Assembly (NCBI GenBank): GCA_937927735.1
Contig: CALBRZ010000043.1
Span: forward strand, 6,614 to 70,613
DNA length: 64,000 nucleotides
Source of the DNA: an uncultured Planctomycetales bacterium
Lineage (GTDB): Bacteria; Planctomycetota; Planctomycetia; Pirellulales; S012-138
Direction: 5' to 3'
The notes below the pieces were generated by a model. That model did no database searches, was not told the origin of the DNA, and saw only the letters and a program-made list of their open reading frames with translations. Shown piece after piece: positions 59,459 through 64,000 of the stretch (position 1 is its first letter; every line of letters begins with the position of its first letter). The translations under genes were made by a program, and so were the position numbers.

Positions 59459-61504
59459 CTAATCGCGATGCACCCAGGCGTGCTCGGTTTGCAGTTCGAC
59501 CATGCGACGATACCGGGTACTGGCCGACATCAGCTCGGCGTGCGTCCCCAGCTCGACCAGCCGGCCGTGCTCCAGCACCGCGATCCGGTCGGCGAGCACG
59601 ATCGTGCTCATGCGATGGGCGATCACAAAGCAGGTACGCCCCTGCATCAGCGTCCGCAAGCTTTCCTGGATGAGCTGCTCGCTCTCGCTGTCAAGATTGC
59701 TGGTAGCCTCGTCGAGGATCAGAATCCGCGGATTGGCCAGCAGCGCCCGGGCAATCGCCAGCCGTTGCCGCTGCCCGCCCGAGAGCCGCACGCCGCGCTC
59801 GCCGATCAGTGTGTCGTAGCCGCGTTCCAGTTGCATGATGAACTCATGCGCGTGGGCGGCCTTGGCGGCGTGTTCAATGTCCTCCCGCGTTGCATGGCGA
59901 ACGGCATAGCCGATGTTCTCGGCGATCGTGCCGTCGAACAGAAACACGTCCTGCTCCACGATGCCCAGCAGTTGCCGGTAGCTATCGACCTGGATCTCGC
60001 GGAGGTCTCGGCCGTCCAGCCGCACGGTGCCCTCGGTGGGGTCGTAGAACCGGGCGACCAGGTTGCACAGCGTGGTTTTGCCGGCCCCACTGCGGCCCAC
60101 CAGGGCAATCGTTTCGCCTGGCGCCACGTCGAGGTTAATCTCGTGCAGCACCCCGCGTTCGCTGCCTGGATAGTGGAACGACACGTTCTCGAACGTGATC
60201 CGCCCAGCCACTTCGTCGCGGCGCAGGGTCACGGCAGCCGGATTGGCCGGCAGTTCGCTCGGCTCATCGAGCAGGTCCAGTACGCGGTCCAAACCGGCCA
60301 GGCTGTTCTGGAAGCCGGCGGCGCTGGCGGCCAACGTGGCCAGGGGTTCCAGCAGCATCGCCAGATAGAACAGGAACATGGTCAGGTCGCCCAGCGTCAT
60401 GCCGCCTTCCAGGATGCGATAGCCTCCGTACACCAACAAGCCGGTCGACGCCAACGGGATGAGCGTCTCCCACACAATGTCGATGGCCCTGGCCCACCAC
60501 CACACAAACAGTTGCTGGCGGACCATCATGTTATTGCCGCGGACGAACCGGCCGGCTTCGGCTCGTTCGCCGCTGAAGCCGCGCACGACCCGCATTCCGC
60601 CGAAAGCCTCGGTAGCGTAACCGTCGATGGCTTGCCGCTGCACGCGCACGTCGCGGTACAGCGGCCGGATGCGGTTCACCCAGGTGCGGTGTGTGAAATA
60701 CACGATCGGCACCAGCAGCATGCCGCCCAGCATCAGCCGCCAGTCGACGAACACCAGTACGATCAGACTGCCCAGCAGTTGCACGATCGCCCGCCACGGG
60801 TTGTACAACATGCTGAAAATCAGGTCCGACGCCGAACCAGCATCCTCACGCAGCAGGCTGGCGGCGCCGCCCGACTTGAGTTGGTATACCCGGTGCAGCG
60901 GCAGCCGGACCGCATGTTCAAAGGCCCGTTTGCGCAGCGACACCTGCAACCGGTTGACGGCCCGCGTGGCATGCCACCGCCCCCAGAGGTGAATCGCCGT
61001 GGTGGCAAACGAAACCAGCACCACGCCCAGCCCCAGCAGGATCAACAACTGCGGCCGGCTGTCCGGCAGTCCCCACTGAAGCCACGAGGCCGGAATCGGT
61101 CGGTCCGCCAGCACGTAGTCGATCGACACTTTGATAGCGGCCGGAGGCACCAGCTTGAGCAGCGTGGCCACGGTCAGCGTGGCGAGGGCAAAAATGACCG
61201 CCTTGCGCTGCTCTCGCATCAGCCCCCAAAAGGCTGTCAGAAGCTGCCAGAACGACCGCGTCCGACGGTGGCGTTTCTCCTCCGTAAGCAGCCTCTCGCT
61301 GGAATGGCCGTTGCTGCCAGGCGTGGACGATGCAGCACCGGTCCCCTGCCCTTGCCCATTGGTGGCCGCGGCACCCGCCGCCGCATCGATACCGTTTGCG
61401 TCCTGAGGATGGCCGCCACGCAAAAGCGCCCGCCTCGCGCCGTTGCGATGGCGCTGGGCAACCTGGGCACGGTACTCTTGAAATCGGCGGCGGCTTGTTG
61501 TCAT
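59459..61504 (-). CDS. ABC exporter, fused permease/ATPase (type I exporter, MsbA-like) with about 100-aa low-complexity N-terminal extension
   Basis: Six TM helices, then Walker A GRSGAGKTT, signature LSGGQRQR and Walker B ILILDEATS. Start set at MTTSRRRF (61504); the longest ORF starts at 61633. Confidence 0.88.
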   Translation of the reverse strand: MTTSRRRFQEYRAQVAQRHRNGARRALLRGGHPQDANGIDAAAGAAATNGQGQGTGAASSTPGSNGHSSERLLTEEKRHRRTRSFWQLLTAFWGLMREQRKAVIFALATLTVATLLKLVPPAAIKVSIDYVLADRPIPASWLQWGLPDSRPQLLILLGLGVVLVSFATTAIHLWGRWHATRAVNRLQVSLRKRAFEHAVRLPLHRVYQLKSGGAASLLREDAGSASDLIFSMLYNPWRAIVQLLGSLIVLVFVDWRLMLGGMLLVPIVYFTHRTWVNRIRPLYRDVRVQRQAIDGYATEAFGGMRVVRGFSGERAEAGRFVRGNNMMVRQQLFVWWWARAIDIVWETLIPLASTGLLVYGGYRILEGGMTLGDLTMFLFYLAMLLEPLATLAASAAGFQNSLAGLDRVLDLLDEPSELPANPAAVTLRRDEVAGRITFENVSFHYPGSERGVLHEINLDVAPGETIALVGRSGAGKTTLCNLVARFYDPTEGTVRLDGRDLREIQVDSYRQLLGIVEQDVFLFDGTIAENIGYAVRHATREDIEHAAKAAHAHEFIMQLERGYDTLIGERGVRLSGGQRQRLAIARALLANPRILILDEATSNLDSESEQLIQESLRTLMQGRTCFVIAHRMSTIVLADRIAVLEHGRLVELGTHAELMSASTRYRRMVELQTEHAWVHRD

Positions 61505-61894
61505 CGATCCTCGTTGATTGGCCGTTGGGCAGTAAGAGCGTGAAGGTGGGGAGGGCCGGCAAACATCGGCAGCCGAAGAGGGCGGCCGGAAGCAGAACTT
61601 CAGCACATTCAGCCTGCGTTCAACTGTACGCATTCGGAGGTCAAAAGATAAGCCTGAGGCTGCGGCCGCTGCGGCGTCAGCACCCGCGATGGGGCACGCG
61701 AAGCCGCGATTTTCTTGCGGCCCCCAATCAGATTAGGGCCGGGGACTGCCACGCGGCCCAGGCGACGGGTACACTTACGGACGGCGGCGGCAACTTCCCA
61801 AGGCAAGCCAAAGCGCCCATAATCACGCCGCCTTGTCGGTCGGCCCGGTTCCCCGGCTGGCCACCCAGCAAACTCCAGCAGCGCGAGTTGAAGG

Positions 61895-62155
61895 ATGCAA
61901 AAGCGCACCAAGTATCAAGAACGGATCATCAAGAACTATTACCAGAACCTGGAGGACATCAGCCTCCAGAAGCTCCAGGAGCACATCACCGAACTGTACC
62001 TGGAGGAAGGCAAAGCTCGCGAGCGCCGCTGGAAACACATCATCAACGCGTTGGAAAAGCTGGAGGTCAAACCGGACGTCATCGCCAAGCTGCGCGCCAA
62101 CGACAACCCGGCCGAACTCGCGGAACTGGTCAGAAAGCTGCTGGCGCGCAAGTAG
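61895..62155 (+). CDS. Small (86 aa) charged helical hypothetical protein
   Basis: MQKRTKYQERIIKNYYQNLEDISLQKLQEHITELYLEEGK... Coding-like codon usage and a GAAGG SD-like sequence upstream. No family recognised. Confidence 0.55.
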   Translation: MQKRTKYQERIIKNYYQNLEDISLQKLQEHITELYLEEGKARERRWKHIINALEKLEVKPDVIAKLRANDNPAELAELVRKLLARK

Positions 62156-62306
62156 TGGCAACCCGCCCAACGTGCCGTTCCGGAAAGCTTGCCACCACGC
62201 GGTCATGCGCGCCTCCGGCAGGGTTGCCTGGTTGGCAGCCGCGGACGGTGGTGTCAACCAGCTGCGCTGATGTTGCCAACGCGTCCTACCGTTTCACGCT
62301 GCTGTC

Positions 62307-63296
62307 ATGCCGCTGATTCGCCTTGATAAGATCTCCCGCAGTTACGGCCGCGTGCAGGCGCTCAACGACGTGAGCCTGACGTTGGAGCCAGGCACCATCG
62401 GCCTGGTCGGCAACAACGGCGCCGGCAAGAGCACGCTGCTGAAGATCCTGTTGGGGCTCCTGCGGCCGGACCGCGGTAGCGGGGAGATCCTGGGCTACGA
62501 CATCCGCCGAAGCGGCAATGAGATCCGCGGCCGCGTCGGTTACATGGCCGAGGCGGCCGCCGTGGTGCCCACCCTGCGGGGCGTGGAGCTTGTCACGCTC
62601 TCGGGCGATTTGTACGGCATGCCGCACCGCCAGGCCCAGCGTCGCGCGCACGAAGTGCTTAACTACGTGGGGCTGGGCGAACTGCGTTACCGTCGCCTGG
62701 AAGAATACTCCACCGGCAACGTCCAGCGGCTGAAGCTGGCCGCGGCCCTGGTGCACGATCCGGACCTGTTGCTGCTGGACGAGCCGACCAATGGACTCGA
62801 TCCGCGCGGACGCCGGGCGATGCTCAAGCTGATCCAGGACCTGATTGCTGAAACCGGCAAGAGTGTGGTGCTGTGCACCCACCTGCTGGGCGACGTCGAA
62901 CGGCTGTGCAGCCAGGTGGTGGTGCTGCACCAGGGCACCGTGCTCCTGGCCGGCAGCATGGCCGACCTCCGCCGCCGTACCAGCCACCACTATGAGCTGG
63001 GCTGGCAATCCGATGCCCCGCAGCGGTTCGAACGCGCGCTGGCCGACCTGGGCGTGCAGTTCCTCAGCCGCCGCGGCAGCGAGAGCACCGCGCACGCCGT
63101 CGTGCAGCTCCCTCAAGACGGTTCCACCCTGAAACTGTTCCAACTGGCCGGCGAATGCGGAGCCGTAATCACGATGCTCAAACCGCAGGAGGAGAATCTG
63201 CAGCAGTTGTTCTTCCGCGTGACGCAGGCGGGAACCGATGCCGCCCCGGGGACAGAACGCCCCGCCGATGTAACCATGCCAGGGCCGCGCTCATGA
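62307..63296 (+). CDS. ABC transporter ATP-binding protein (ABC-2 type) with C-terminal extension
   Basis: Walker A GNNGAGKST, signature STGNVQRL and Walker B LLLLDEPTNGLD. 329 aa. Confidence 0.88.
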   Translation: MPLIRLDKISRSYGRVQALNDVSLTLEPGTIGLVGNNGAGKSTLLKILLGLLRPDRGSGEILGYDIRRSGNEIRGRVGYMAEAAAVVPTLRGVELVTLSGDLYGMPHRQAQRRAHEVLNYVGLGELRYRRLEEYSTGNVQRLKLAAALVHDPDLLLLDEPTNGLDPRGRRAMLKLIQDLIAETGKSVVLCTHLLGDVERLCSQVVVLHQGTVLLAGSMADLRRRTSHHYELGWQSDAPQRFERALADLGVQFLSRRGSESTAHAVVQLPQDGSTLKLFQLAGECGAVITMLKPQEENLQQLFFRVTQAGTDAAPGTERPADVTMPGPRS

Positions 63297-64000
63297 AACT
63301 GGATACCGCCAACTACCACGGCTGGCAGGGCCGTCTGCGCTCGCCATGGTTCAGCACCTTGGCCATCGTCAAGGTGGCCCTGCTCCAGGTGTTTCGCCGC
63401 AAGAGTTACTGGGTGGTGATCGGCCTGGGGCTGCTGCAATTTGTGGTGTTCTTCGCGATCATCTACGCGGTGACGCAACTGGGAGCCTTCAAGAGCCGCG
63501 TGTTGGAACGGTTGGACTTTGTGGCCGAGCCCAACGGCGACGTCGAGAACAACGGCTACCTGATGTTCATGGAACGGCAAAGCCTGGTGGTGATGATGCT
63601 GCTGGCCTTTGCCGGCAGTCTGCTGGTGGGTGCCGATTTCCGGCTCAAGTCGCTGCCCTTTTATCTCTCGCGACGAATCGACCGCCGGCATTACATCGTA
63701 GGCAAGCTGTTGGCGGTATCCGCGATCGTGGCCCTGCTGACCGTGGCGCCGGCGGTCGTCCTGTTCGTGGAATACGGCGCATTCACGTCCAGCTTTGAAT
63801 ACTGGCTCAATAATTGGAGGCTGCTGGTATCCATCCTCGGCTACGGCCTGGTGCTGTGTACGGTGCTGAGCATCACGCTGGTAACGCTCTCGGCCTACCT
63901 CCAGCGCACGGCCCCCATCGCCATCACCTGGAGCAGCCTGTTCTTCATGCTGGCCATCATCGCCCGGCAGATGCGCGACGTGACCGGCAACGTCAACTGG
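63293..64000 (+). CDS. ABC-2 type transporter permease (partial, runs off the right edge)
   Basis: Not in the supplied ORF track because it has no stop. ATG at 63293 overlaps the upstream TGA (ATGA). I translated it by hand and it stays open to 64000: MKLDTANYHGWQGRLRSPWFSTLAIVKVALLQVF..., with several hydrophobic helices. Confidence 0.7.
   Translation, partial: MKLDTANYHGWQGRLRSPWFSTLAIVKVALLQVFRRKSYWVVIGLGLLQFVVFFAIIYAVTQLGAFKSRVLERLDFVAEPNGDVENNGYLMFMERQSLVVMMLLAFAGSLLVGADFRLKSLPFYLSRRIDRRHYIVGKLLAVSAIVALLTVAPAVVLFVEYGAFTSSFEYWLNNWRLLVSILGYGLVLCTVLSITLVTLSAYLQRTAPIAITWSSLFFMLAIIARQMRDVTGNVNW

Overview
This is a GC-rich bacterial chromosomal segment. I call about 47 protein-coding genes (two cut by the window edges) and one tRNA-Arg(CCU). 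The gene content points to Planctomycetota, which is an inference and not a computed result. The supporting genes are a TAT-signal Gfo/Idh/MocA oxidoreductase, a PQQ-like beta-propeller, a prenyltransferase/squalene-oxidase-repeat protein, an OprO/P-type porin and an R/E-rich PVT-repeat secreted protein. Long intergenic spacers and occasional GGAGG(T) ribosome-binding sites fit the same picture.

Most of the window is core housekeeping: purN, ileS, alaS, gpmA, trpE, queF, hemC, gatB, pyk, adk, ribBA, epmA, aat and comEC. These are interspersed with transporters (NupC-type, MFS, three ABC components), an HtrA protease and one two-component pair (a sigma-54 activator plus a hybrid kinase).

I see no rRNA, CRISPR array, transposase or integrase, prophage, or recognisable defence genes. 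I do not find a convincing novel multi-gene system. The observations most worth a second look are:
- a split, translationally coupled arginine-dihydrolase-like / ornithine-cyclodeaminase-like pair (26.5-28.6 kb);
- a porin followed by a 12-Cys small secreted protein, with a His-rich hypothetical protein across a 660-bp non-coding spacer (28.9-32.3 kb);
- the sigma-54 activator and hybrid kinase, with a degenerate receiver domain and one sigma-54-like promoter motif (45-50 kb);
- a small secreted-protein gene that changes reading frame at a homopolymer (about 5.0 kb);
- 14-nt direct repeats inside an exporter / beta-propeller / terpenoid-cyclase-like cluster (56.7-61.5 kb).

Many long ORFs in the supplied track are antisense or out-of-frame artefacts of high GC content and were not called. 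Several start codons were moved downstream of the longest-ORF start, using homolog N-termini, RBS or terminator positions.
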